Below are positions 37,119 to 49,272 of a stretch of 64,000 nt of DNA, one piece after another. The position numbers and the translations under genes are program-made. Origin of the DNA: Mustelus asterias. Lineage: Eukaryota. The notes below the pieces were generated by a model, which saw only the letters and a list, made by a program, of their open reading frames with translations, was not told where the DNA came from and did not search any database. The stretch's first letter is position 1; each line of letters begins with the position of its first letter. The stretch is taken from contig NW_027590143.1 of assembly GCF_964213995.1 (NCBI RefSeq), positions 868,001 to 932,000 on the forward strand. The letters are read 5' to 3'.

Positions 37119-39311
37119 ATTCTTGCACAATCAGTGACTAACACTAATTATATCCTACCTGATTTTTATTTCCATCCGATAGTCGATCATTTCTGCTTTG
37201 GCAGAATTGTGAAAACTTTAAATTGCATACTCTTCCACATATTGAACACTGACGGTGGATAAATCGGTTTGCATTACATTTTCTCGATTTCGAAAACATG
37301 GGATTGTGCTCATTGAAGCTTAATCAGTTCCTCAAGGATTGGTTGTGTCGAGGCTGAGGATGCTGAACCGTTCCATAGATTCTATTCTTGAATACTAATG
37401 GAAACAATGGATTTTGGAATAGAGCACGCAGTTCTCATTAAGGTAGATGATCAGAACGAAACTTCCTGAATTGGACAGCGGGTCCCCAAAATGGATCGGT
37501 CTACCATGTTTCTATTTCTTATGTATCTTATTATCAGCTTACATTTCTTACATTCCTGAGAAAATAAATAATCAACAATGTGTATGGATATCGAAAGTTC
37601 AGGATCGCTTTGCCATTTGTCTCTTACAGACCGGTAAGACATGAAAAAACAGCAGAGAAATATTTAACATTGTGTTTTAGTTTCTAGGAGCTCCATGTGC
37701 AGAAACTGATCCTTCAGTGGAGTGAAGTTTTTAATTAATTCATTTGTGTGACATGGGTGTCGCTGCTTGGCCAACATTTATTGTGCATCCCTGTTCGCCC
37801 TTGAAATGAGAGGCTTGCTCGTCCATTTCAGAGAGCAGTTAAGAGTCCACCACATTGCTGTGATTCTAGAGTCACATATAGGCCAGACAGGGTAAGAACG
37901 CCATATTTCCTTGCTTAAAGGACATTAGTGAACCATATGGAATTTGACAGCAATCGAGAATGGCTTCATGATCAGCAGTAGATTATTAATTCCAGGTTTT
38001 ATTTTTATTGAAGTCAAATTCTACCAGCTGCCGAGGCAGGATTCAAACCTGGGTCCCCAGAGCAAGGAGACGTTTACACATGAAATTATGAGCAGAACAG
38101 ATAGAAATATTCGGGTATGTTTACACGGAGACACATCAGAATGTATAGGTCGCTGTTTGGAGAAACGGCGTGATGAATTTATGGCAAGCTTGAAAAATAT
38201 GGGCGGGAGAGAGGAATAAATAGACACACAGCTCAGGATGTAAATTGTTATTTCCTGTTCGAGAGGAGAAGGGGCAAGAACATGCTTCGGCCAGCTGGGC
38301 CCAGTGGCCTATTCGTTTTAAGTGGAAAGTGTAGAATGTAAAACTTTGAGACAATTCTGTTCGGAAAGGACAATCAGCCAATGTACTAAAGGGATTGAAA
38401 TTCTCACATACCCTGAAGACAGTGCCCAGTGAGTAACAGTAACACCACTGCGGAAATTGAACAGGCTGAACCCAACCGACAACTGCAAGAAATTTGTACA
38501 AGTTCTCATGACGGTTGGAAACCACTAAGAACAGGCAGGAAACAACTCAGATGCAGAAATAGAACGAAACCAACTTGCAAATATTTCTAATAGAAGTAAA
38601 ACGGTAGAATCGATGGACGGAAATAGACAAATAGCAGACATTAACTTGCAGTGTTGAACTGCGGCCAAAGGTCGATCATTGACCCACGGATATACATTGT
38701 CAGTTTGGATTAATAGATGCGGACGAATATCTCTGCCCCGTGCTGAACCTGGATACATACAGGGACATAAAACTGCTGATTGTCCTTTGAGCAATGAAAC
38801 GTAGACAGCAAATTATTATGTGAGGAGAAGAGTGAACTTTATGATTTCGTTTCCTGGTTCGTATTTCGCCAATATATTTATTGGCACCTTTCTAATAAAA
38901 ATAGAATCATACTCCGCAACAAAACACAATTCTGTCAATAGAGACAATAATTTGAAGGTGCTGCCAATGTACCCATTCGGCCTTCTTTGGTCCCCTTGGC
39001 ACTGGAATATTGTCCTGTCCCAGAAGTTCTCCCTTCCACCGCCCCCCCGCCCTCCCCCAATTACCATTTGAAAGTCAATGTTAAATCAGCTCCCAGCACC
39101 ACCCTTTTCGCTGTTCACTTCAGGTGACTGCAATTCTCTGTGAAAAAAGGTCTGAAAATCTGCCACTCTTGTTTATTTCCAATAATCAATGCTTTTTGAA
39201 ACAAATTCAGTTAAACAAATTCCCGCAACAGACAGGTATTCACCCGATTGAAAAGTTTTCCCGGGGTAAACAGTGGCTAAAGAAACAATTCATTTTATTT
39301 CTATCCTGCAG

Positions 39312-39617
39312 ATTCCAGCTCAACTGTGTCACCGAGTTCACTTCTCCAAACGTCTGCCGCAGGTGACACGGTTACTTTAAGCTGTGAATATTCAGGGAAC
39401 TGTCAATATACAGTACACTGGTACCGTCAATCCCCAGGACAGGCTCCGAAATACCTCCTTCAGACACACACTTCAGGAGAGGATAATAAGAAACAGGTTG
39501 CCGGGGACGGAATTTCTGTTTATACACTTTCGTCAGTCAAAATCAACCGGTTAGAGATCTTCAAACTACAATTGAGCGACTCCGCTGTGTATTACTGTGA
39601 ACTGAGTGAGCGCACAG
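39312..39617 (+). CDS. NAR-TCR supporting TCR-delta V exon, open frame, CDR1 Cys
   Basis: Acceptor CCTGCAG|; SSTVSPSSLLQTSAAGDTVTLSCEYSGNCQYTVHWYRQ..LSDSAVYYCELSERT; phase compatible with the J donor at 32627. Confidence 0.88.
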
Positions 39618-39717
39618 CACACTGATACAGAACACGGAGAGATTTGTTCAAAAACCTGAACATGGTGAGAATTACAGACACGGTGATGCAGAACACGAAG
39701 AGAGCTGTACAAAAACC
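39618..39717 (+). other. Two tandem 23-RSSs (61-bp period)
   Basis: CACACTG-23-TCAAAAACC (39618-39656) and CACGGTG-23-ACAAAAACC (39679-39717). Confidence 0.9.
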
Positions 39718-39763
39718 TGAACATGGTTCGGGTTACAGATTCTTGTACTTCTCACCATGTTCA

Positions 39764-40108
39764 GGTTTCTGTACAGCTCTTACCGTGTTCTGTATCACTG
39801 TGCTGTGCGCCTACTCAGTGCACAGTAATACACAGCGGAGTCACTGAGTGGCAGTTTGGAGATCGTTAACCGGCTGATTTTTTCAAGGGGATCGACAGAA
39901 GCAGAAATTCTCCCCCCGGTAGCGTTTTCTTTGCTCGCCTCGCCTGATGTGTGTCTCTTAAGCAGGTATTTTGGGGTCTGTCTTGGGGAGTGACGGTACC
40001 AGTGGAGTGCGTGTTGTCAAAATCCCGGATATTCAAAGTTTAAAGTAATGGTGTCTTTAGCAGTAGAGGTTTGGAGAGATGGATTCTGTGACACAGATAA
40101 ACCAGATT
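39764..40108 (-). pseudogene. Second, inverted supporting V-delta pseudogene with RSS 39802-39764
   Basis: SVSQNPSLQTSTAKDTITLNFEYPGF*QHALHWYR..LSDSAVYYCALSRRT; first Cys to Phe, CDR1 Cys to TGA; CACAGTG-23-ACAGAAACC. Confidence 0.9.
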
Positions 40109-40619
40109 CTGCAGAACCTATAAAATAATACAAAATATTTCTGTGATGCTTTTACCTGCCTTGCATGTTAGTTTTCCCGGGGAAACATAATCGCGTCCAT
40201 AGCTGGCCATTTTGCTGTAATTGTTTCATTGAAGGGTGTTCGACATTTATTCACTGTAGTTGGGGAGACGGCGGCATAAAGGTATTATCACTGGATTAGA
40301 AATCCAGAGGTTTAGTAATCCAAGTAACAATCTGGGGACACGGCTATGAATCAGAGAGGCATTGATGATAGGAGCAGGAGGAGACCATTTGGCTCTTCGA
40401 GCATGCTCTGCCATTCATTACGGTCATGGCTGATCATCCACTCAGCCTAATCCTGCTTTTTTCCCCACAACATTTGATCCCATTCGCCCCACGTGCTTTA
40501 GTCAGCCGCCTCTTGAATATATTCAATGTTTTGTCAGAAACGCCCCATATAGTTCTAAATCAGGATGATTTGTGGTGCAATTTCCATACGCCTACTCTCC
40601 TTGTCCTTCTAGAATATAG

Positions 40620-40817
40620 TAAGAGTTTTAACAACACCAGGTTAAAGTCCAATAGGTTTATTTGGTAGCAAATGCCATTAGCTTTCGGAGCGCTGCTCCT
40701 TCGTCAGCGCTCTGAAAGCTAATGGCATTTCCTAACAAATAAACCTGTTGGACTTTAACCTGGTGTTGTTAAAACTCTTACTGTGTTTACCCCAGTCCAA
40801 CGCCGGCATCTCCCCAT
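40620..40817. mobile_element. Palindromic Penelope-like mini-insertion with hammerhead core and 14-bp TSD
   Basis: Inverted arms; CTGACGAAGGAGCAGCGCTCCGAAAGCTA on the minus strand 40707-40679; CTTCTAGAATATAG at 40606-40619 and 40818-40831. Confidence 0.8.
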
Positions 40818-40963
40818 CTTCTAGAATATAGCAGTGCTGGGTTTGGAAGCTGCTGCTAAGGTGCCTTGGTGAATTCCTGCAGTGCATCTTGTACATTGTA
40901 CACACTGCTGCGACTGTCGATCGGTGGTGGAACGAGTGCATGTTTGTGCAATAGGTACCAATC

Positions 40964-41152
40964 CCCGCTGGGCACCGCAGGGGTTGGGGTGCATTATTGA
41001 CCCTAATAATCACATTTTAATTTGATGTTTTTAAGTTTCCTTTGTACTTTGATTTCTGTTCGGGCTGTTCCCCCTCCTTTTTGGGGAGCTGCCCCTTTTA
41101 CTTTGTCCTGATTTAATTTGAGTTTGTTTATTTGGTTTGACCTAAAAAGAGG
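40964..41152 (+). mobile_element. Short retroposed 3' fragment (Tx1-like, tentative) with 16-bp TSD
   Basis: GCAATAGGTACCAATC at 40948-40963 and 41153-41168; T-rich tail ending AAAAAGA. Confidence 0.65.
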
Positions 41153-41467
41153 GCAATAGGTACCAATCAAACTTTGTCATGGGCAGGTCAACCTCGAAGT
41201 TAGAGTCTCAATGTACAACTTTAGAACCACCTCCATTATCATATTGTAAGGGCAGCTTCACTCGCGGATCATTCAAGTCTATTAACTTCCTGTTTGAATC
41301 CGTCTGCACTCCTTATTAACGAGACACAAATAGTGGCTGATAGAAGCATACAGACAAACACTGCACAGACATACAGAGGAATCTTTCGTGCGTTGCCAAC
41401 TGTTCGATTCCAGCTCGCCTTTTGGAAACTTTAAAACCCCATGGGAATACAACTCTGAGAAAGAAAA

Positions 41468-43070
41468 ATGTCACAGGATTTCACGGCTTCCATTCTTATT
41501 CTTTTCCTGAAGCTCGGTGAGTCATTTAACTAGCATTGGAACGCAGGTTTGCAAAAATAATATCGAGGGATGGTTGGATGTAGAAAAAGACGTGAGGCTG
41601 GGGGCGATTAAGGGAATAACAGAGGATGGACGGATGTATGTTTTTTCTTGAACATTCACTTTGATTATTCCGATTTACAATAGTTTGTTGTAGCTGAAAG
41701 GGGGCAGAGAAGAGAGTGAAACATTGTATTGTATATATTCAAAGCTATGAAAGCGTCAGAGCAAATTTGAAAGTTTGTGGAAACATTTCCAACTCTTACC
41801 TCTATTAATAGGAATAGTGTACATGTAAAGTGATATTAAGTCAAATATTTCTGTATCCATACTCAGGCCTTTTTTAATGTATTGTGTTCGGTTATGGGAA
41901 TCAAATCTAATGAACGGCGGCAATGTCTTGGGCAGGGTAAGGGGGAAATTTATTGGAACGGTCTCTGTGTTCAGGGCCCTTAGGTTTCAGGGCACACTGG
42001 GTAACGGGAACCCCTTTCTCAGAACACAGGCAGGTAACAGGAGACCTGAAAGCGATGTTGATATTCCTGAACTGTTTGACAGAGTAAATTGTTTCAAGAG
42101 ACAGAAAGCTGGGTAACCAGGGAAGGTTGTTTGAAGATAATGGGAAAATCAATCAAAGGAAGAATTTTCTTCTTGAAATGTTGGTCCAAGCAGATTTCAT
42201 GGTAACTGCTTAGAGGAAACAGGATGAATATTTGAAGGAAAATATTTTCCAGGTTATGCAGAAAGAGTAGCGGTTGGGGGAAATGATAAATCTGTCATCT
42301 GTCAATACGTGATATGTGTGTTTGCTGAATCATTCATTTCTTTCATTCATTCGTGGCTTCCATTCTTATTCTTTTCCTGAAGCGACTGGGCGTCCCTGGC
42401 TGGCCAGCACTTCCTGCTCATCCTTCGTTGCCCGAGGGCAGCACGGAGACAACCACAATTGTCTGGAGTCACATATAGGCCAGACCATTTCAGAACGGCA
42501 GATTTCCTTCCCTAAAGAACATTTGTGAACCAGATGGGTTCATATGACAATCGACAATAGTTTAATTGTACATTGTTCATTCCAGATTTTTTTTACTGTA
42601 TTCAAATCCTGCCGCAGTGGGATTCCTGGCTGAATTTCTCCATTAATTGTCTCGCGATAATATCAAAGGGCCACCGCCTATTATGATGAGGAGATGAAAG
42701 ATTTTTTAATGGTGCCCCATATCAAAACACCTATTTATTTTCTGTTGATTGTGTATTTGAAGGACTGTGTTATTCTGATGCTGTTAAACAGCTTGCATCA
42801 TCGGTAACATGTTTGGAGGAAGAACGCATGGTGTTGCCCTGTTCGTTTTCCACAGACAGCCGCCGCTATGACCTGCTCTGGTACCGACAAAAACCGGGGG
42901 AGGAGCTGTTTTTTTTAACCAGAAGGAATTCGGAAGGAAAAACAGAGAAAGCTGGGCGTGTGGGAGGCCGATTATCTTCAACACTACAAGCATCGAATCG
43001 TTTCTACAGTTTAACTCTGACAGATGCACAGCTGAGTGACAGTGGCATGTATTATTGTGCGCTGAACATT
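41468..43070 (+). CDS. Intact TRAV/TRDV gene segment: leader 41468-41516, V exon 42763-43070
   Basis: MSQDFTASILILFLKL|GTGAGT; GLCYSDAVKQLASSVTCLEEERMVLPCSF..LLWYRQKP..LSDSGMYYCALNI, open frame. Confidence 0.9.
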
Positions 43071-43109
43071 CACCGTGACACAAACTGATACAGGCCCCGT
43101 ACAGAAACT
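43071..43109 (+). other. RSS, 23-bp spacer
   Basis: CACCGTG-23-ACAGAAACT. Confidence 0.88.
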
Positions 43110-44896
43110 ATCACTGGAATTTCACATCACTTGTGTGTCTGAATTATAAATCTTCACCTCTGGCGACAGCAGACAACGCCACCGACTGTTCACAGCTGTG
43201 CGATTTTAATCAGAAATAAAGCGTTTATCGATGTAAAAGAGCGATATTTCATGACTGAGTTATTGAACGAAATAGGGAGGAAGAAAGTCATGGAAAAGTA
43301 AATAAAAGGATAGAGAGCGACAGAAATAAAAATAAGCGAAAGGCCGTGAGAAAGTCAGGGCTCAGGACGCAAATGTTGTGTGATTTCAAGAAGAAATTAG
43401 GTATAATTATTGGGGCTAAAGGGATCAAGGGATATGGGCGGGGGGGGGGTGTCGGAAGCGGAATCAGAATATTGAATTTGATGATCAGTCTTGATAACAA
43501 TGAATTTCGGATCGGGTTCCGAGGGCCGAATGGCCGACTTGTTTCTATGTATCTTTGTTTCTTTGATTGAGGCTTTATCTAAATACTCGCTCGTGCATTT
43601 CATCAGAGTAAATTCGGGCTGTGTGTCTAGTTGTTGCTTGTACCAGTATAAATGATGGATACCACATGCACTCTCTTAGATACGTTGTGAAGTTACCATT
43701 CCTGTTTTTAATTTCACTCCAGAGGGCAGTGGCTGGATCTCCAAAACACAGATATAAAGAATGTATTAGAACATGAAAAGATCAGTCCTACTTTCAAGTA
43801 AAAGATCATTCATATTGAAGAGAATTTAATGCGTTCAATACACAGTTTTTAAAATAAAATTGTTTCATGTGATTCCGGTGTGCCTGCTAGTTACCTTGCT
43901 CGGCCATTTCAGGGGCAATCACATTTCTGTGTCTGCAGTCACATAATGGCCAGACTAGGTCAATATTTCCTTCCCAAAAAATTTTGGTGCAGCAGATCCT
44001 TTTGTGACAACCAATTATCACCATTACTGCGACTATCCTACTGTCAATTCCATATTGTTTCTATTAATTCGTTGAAGTGATTAAATTCCACCCGCTGCCA
44101 TGGTGAGAATTCAACCTATGTGCTGACATCATCAGCACGGATATTTGAATTCCTGGACTGGCGCCTTTACATCAACATTACCATGTTGCATAACTGCTAC
44201 ATCAAAGTGCAAATTGTTGACTTGCATTCCCTGAAACCTGACAGCAGTATTCAGAGACTAACACTGGTAGAAAAAAAAACCTGAATACTCTTTAGTAAAA
44301 GAGCAGATCAGCTATGTAATCCCAAGGACTCTTGTCGTTTAAATCATTTAGGAACGCTATGACCTGTCTGTGCCGATCACTTTCAGAGCTTAACCGTTTT
44401 GCATTGCATTTCATTGCGTTATGATGTACTGCAACAGCTCCATGATTGTTGATCTCCATCTTATACTCTGTTCTCGCCGCTTTACAACAATTGCTCCTCA
44501 ACTCCAAACACCAGCACAAAATTGTTTGTGGTAAACCATAACAGCTGGAAATCTCGCGGTTCATGCTGCCACGTTCCCCCTTTCTTAATGACAATTTGTC
44601 AGCAACAATTGCTCATGTTTTTTAAACCGCCAGATAAAATTTAGCTGAACGCATATATTTCATCAGGCTTTTTTTGTCTGGTTGCTATAACTGTGGATTT
44701 CACTTTCCTTCGCTCAAAGAATAGAAACGAGGTTATTAAAAACCCTTTTGTGTCGAATGTAGATCAGTAGAAGATGGAGGAGAGAGCTTGAGCCGATTAA
44801 TGAGACATGACCTTAAAAGTGAGGGAAAGTGGTTTGGAGTCCAGTCAAATATTGCACGCTAGGATTTGGCGAGCCTCTTATAGGACTAAGCTCAGG

Positions 44897-47800
44897 AAGC
44901 ATCCTAAAAAAGGCGGGTAACCAGACAGACGTCATTGTCCACATTGGTGCAAATGACGTCAGCAGAAAGAGCAGGGAGATCCTGCGAGAGCAATTCAGGG
45001 AGTTGTGTGGTAGGCTAAAAAGCAAGGCTTCTAGGGTAGCGATCTCTGGACTACTCCCAATGTCACAAGCTAGTGAGGCTAAGAACAGAGACTGCACAGC
45101 TGAACGCGTGGATAAAGGACTGTTGCAGGAGGGAGGGTTTCGAATTCGTGGATCACTGGGAAGTCTTCAAGAGAGGGTGGCACCTGTACAAGAAGGACGG
45201 GTTGCACCTAAACTGGAGGGGTACGAATAGCCTAGCTGGGAGTTTTGCTAGTGTGGTTCAGGTGGGTTTAAACTAATGTGGCAGGGGGGTGGGGATCAGA
45301 ACAATAGGTCAATAAGCATAGAGGCTTGGGACGAGTTTGGGGCCAAGACAAGGCTATCTAAGAGGAAGGGCATTCTGGGGGAGGATGACCTCAGTGGGCC
45401 TGGAGGTCTGGAGTGCATCTGCTTCAATGCACGGAGCGTCACGGCCAAGACAGACGAGCTTAGAGCCTTAATGCTTGCCGGAACTTGGATGTGGTTGCAG
45501 TAACGGAGACTTGGTTAAAAGAAGGACAGGACTGGCAGCTGAATATTCCGGCGTATAAGTGTTTTAGGCGAGACAGAGGAGGGGCGAGGAGAGGTGGGGG
45601 AGTAGCAATGCTGGTTAGGGAGCATATTACAGCGGTACAGAGGGTGGACAATATGGAAGGGTCAGGTAACGAGTCACTGTGGGTGGAGCTCAGGAACAGG
45701 AAGGGCGCAGTCACTATGCTGGGGGTATACTACAGGCCACGTGCTGGGGGTATACTACAACCCACGGGAAGTTGAGGAACGGATATGTAAGGAGATTCTG
45801 GACAGGTGCAGAAAAAATAGGGTTGTTGCAGTGGGAGATTTTAATTTCCCTCGCATAGACTGGAAATCGCTTTGGGCTGGGGGCCTGGACGGGGAAGAAT
45901 TTATAAAATGCGTACAGGAAGGTTCTTTGGAACAATATGTTGACAGTCCAACTAGAGAGGGGGCTATACTGGACCTAGTACTGGGGAATGAGCCCGGTCA
46001 GGTCATCAAAGTTGCAGTAGGGGAACATGTGGCAAATAGTGACCACAATTCTGTAAACTTTAGGATAGTAATGGAAAGAGATGAGTGTTGTCCTATGGGT
46101 AAGGTACTGAATTGGGGAAAGGCAAACTACAGCCGAATTAGGCAGGATTTGGTGGCTGTTGATTGGGAGAGGCTGTTCGAGGGTAAATCCACATCTGGCA
46201 TGTGGGAGTATTTTAAGGAGCAGTTGATAGGACTGCAGGACAGGCATGTGCCTGGAAAGAGGAAGGCTAGGAAAGGTAGGATTCGAGAGCCGTGGATAAC
46301 CAGTGAAATTATGGGTCTAATCAAAAAGAAAAAAGAGGCATACATAAGGTCCAGGGAGCTAAAAACAGATGGAGCACTGGAGGAAAACAGAGAAAGTAGA
46401 AAATAACTCAAACAGGGACTTAGAAGGGCAAAGAGGGGTCACGAAATGTCCTTGGCCGACAGGATTAAGGAGAATCCTAAGGCATTTTATACATATGTTA
46501 AGAACAAGAGGGTTGTTAGGGAAAGAATCGGACCTCTCAGAGACAAAGGAGGGGAATTATGCTTAGAACCAAAGGAAGGAGGTGAGATCCTAAACAAATA
46601 CTTTGCATCAGTATTCACAAAGGAGAGGGACATGTTGACTGGTATTGTCTCAGAGAGATGTGTTGCCCCGTTAGAAAAAATCTCAATTACAAGGGAGGAA
46701 GTGTTAGGTTTTTTAGGAAACATTAAGACAGACAAATCCCCAGGGCCGGATGGCATCTATCCTAGACTCCTCAGGGAGGCGAGAGATGCAATTGCTGGGC
46801 CTCCAACAGAAATCTTTGTCTCTTCGCTGGACACAGGTAAGGTCCCAGAGGATTGGAGGATAGCAAATGTGGTCCCGTTATTTAAGAAGGGTAGCAAGGA
46901 TAACCCGGGTAATTATAGGCCGGTGAGCTTGACGTCCGTGGTAGGGAAGTTGTTAGAAATGATTCTTAGAGATAGGACATAAGCGCATTTAGCACTGAAT
47001 AATCTCATTAGCGATAGACAGCATGGTTTTGTACGAGGGAGGTGATGCCTCACAAATTTGGTTGAGTTTTTTGAGGAGGTGACAAAAATGATTGACGAGG
47101 GAAGGGCCGTGGGTCTCGTCTATATGGATTTTTGTTAAGCGTTTGACAAGGTCTCTCATGGCAGGCTGGTGCAAAAGGTTAAATCTCACGGAATAAAAGG
47201 TGAGCTAGCGAGATGGGTGGGGAACTGGCTTAGCCATAGAAGACAGAGGGTAGCAGTGCAGGGGTCTTTTTCCGGTTGGAGGGCTGTGACTAGTGGTGTT
47301 CCGCAGGGCTCTGTACTGGGACCTCTGCTGTTTGTAATATATATAAATGATTTGGAGGAAGATGTAGCTGGTGTGATCAGTAGGTTTGCGGATGACATGA
47401 AGATTGCTGGAGTTGGGGATAGTGATGAACATTGTCAGAGAATACAGCAGGATATAGATAGGCTGGAACATTGGGCAGACGAATGGCAGATGGAATTTAA
47501 TCCAGATAAATGCGAGGTGATGCATTTCGGTAGATCTAATGTAAGGGGGGGCGATACAATAAATGGCAGAACCATCAGGAGTACAGACACACAGACACAG
47601 ACACACTGGGTGTACAAGTCCACAGATCCTTAAAGGTGGCAGCACAGGTGGAGAGGGTGGGGAAGAAGGCATATAGCATGTTTGCCTTTATTGGACGGGG
47701 CATAGAATATAAAAGTTGGCATATGATATTGCAGCTCTATAGAACGATGGTTAGGCCACATTTGGAATACTGCATCCAGTTCTGGTCGCCGCACTACCAG

Positions 47801-48625
47801 AAGGACGTGGAGGCTTTGGAGAGAGTACAGAGAAGGTTTACCAGGATGTTGCCTAGTATGGACGGCACGGTAGCACAGTGGTTAGCACTGCTGCTTCACA
47901 GCTCCAGGGTCCCGGGTTCGATTCCCGGCTCGGGTCACTGTCTGTGTGGAGTTTGCACATTCTCCTCGTGTCTGCGTGGGTTTTCTCCGGGTGCTCCGGT
48001 TTCCTCCCACAGTCCAAAGATGTGCAAGTTAGGTTGATTGGCCATGCTAAAATTGTCCCTTAGTGTCGTGGGATGCGTAGGTTAGAGGGATTAGTGGGTA
48101 AATAGGTAGGGCCTGGGTGGGATTGTGGTTGGTGCAGACTCGATGGGCCGAATGGCCTCTTTCTGCACTGTAGGGTTTCTATGTTTCTATGTTATGGAGG
48201 GTCTTAGCTATGAGGAGAGATTGGGTAAACTGGGGTTGTTCTCCCTGGAAAGACGGAGGATGAGGGGCGACCTAATAGAGGTGTATAAAATTATGAAGGG
48301 CATAGATAGGGTGAACAGTGGGAAGCATTTTCCCAGGTCGGAGGTGACGAACGCAAGGGGTCACGGGTTCAAGGTGATGTAGGCAAGGTTCAACACAGAT
48401 GTCAGGGGTACGTATTTTACACAGAGGTTGGTGGGGACCTGGAATGCACTGCCAAGCAAGATGATTGAGGTGGACACGCTGGGATTGTTTAAGACTTATC
48501 TAGCTAGCCACATGAACAGACTGGGAATAGAGGGATACAAACGAATGGTCCAGTGGGCACATGAGTGGCCAGGCTTGGAAGGCCGAAGAGCCTGTTCCTG
48601 TGCTGTATTGTTCTTTGTTCTTTGT
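44897..48625 (+). mobile_element. 5'-truncated CR1 with multiple stops/frameshifts, TSD TCAGG
   Basis: ORF1 esterase and ORF2 fragments; TCAGG at 44892-44896 and 48626-48630; absent from the paralogous site at ~25120. Confidence 0.93.
47863..48192 (+). mobile_element. HE1-type SINE nested in CR1
   Basis: SINE head and tail; TSD TATGGA at 47857-47862 and 48193-48198. Confidence 0.92.
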
Positions 48626-49272
48626 TCAGGTGCTGTCCTTGGATTGATACAGAAACCCCAGTTAGGTTATTTGATAACTCCGCACTCCAGGGCCGGACCT
48701 AAGACAAAGTCAGGCAATTGGCATTGTTTGGGCGAGTGTTGAGTGGGAAACTGAAAAAAGATGTGCACAGGCCTACGAGTTGTAATATTTACTATTGCTG
48801 CCAACAATGACAGGCAGAGAAGGACGGCCGAGCCCATCCAGCCTGTCCCCAATAAAAATGAGACAAATCTGTAGTGAAGTCACTATTGTAATGTAGGAAA
48901 CCTCACTATGAACAGAGCAAGATCACACGTAACGTGATCGTCTGTTGCAGTGATGTCGACTGAGATTTAAATGTCTTGGAGAATTGCCCTGCTTTAGAGG
49001 ATAGTGCGGTGAAGTGTTTAAGATCCTCCAGAAAGGCCAGTCGGAGCCTTTATTTCGTAGTTTATCTGAGCAATTCACTGCGGAGACACTAGGTCTCCAT
49101 TAGCACTGGCAGTGTAAGTGGCAGCTGAAATGTGCGCTCAGGTCTTCGGAGGGAGACTTGAACCACAGCTTTCTGAAGTACAGGCGATAGAATTGAGAAA
49201 ATTAACAGTGAACACAGAGTCGTGGATAGAGACTGAACTAGAGACATCGCCTGTGCCAATTCTATTTGGTGA

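Noticed and set aside
37580-37727. Possible leader donor (G|GTAAGA), 54-nt intron and GAPCAETDPSVE start of a V exon
   Set aside because: No in-frame ATG, immediate stop and SINE interruption, no recognisable remainder of a V
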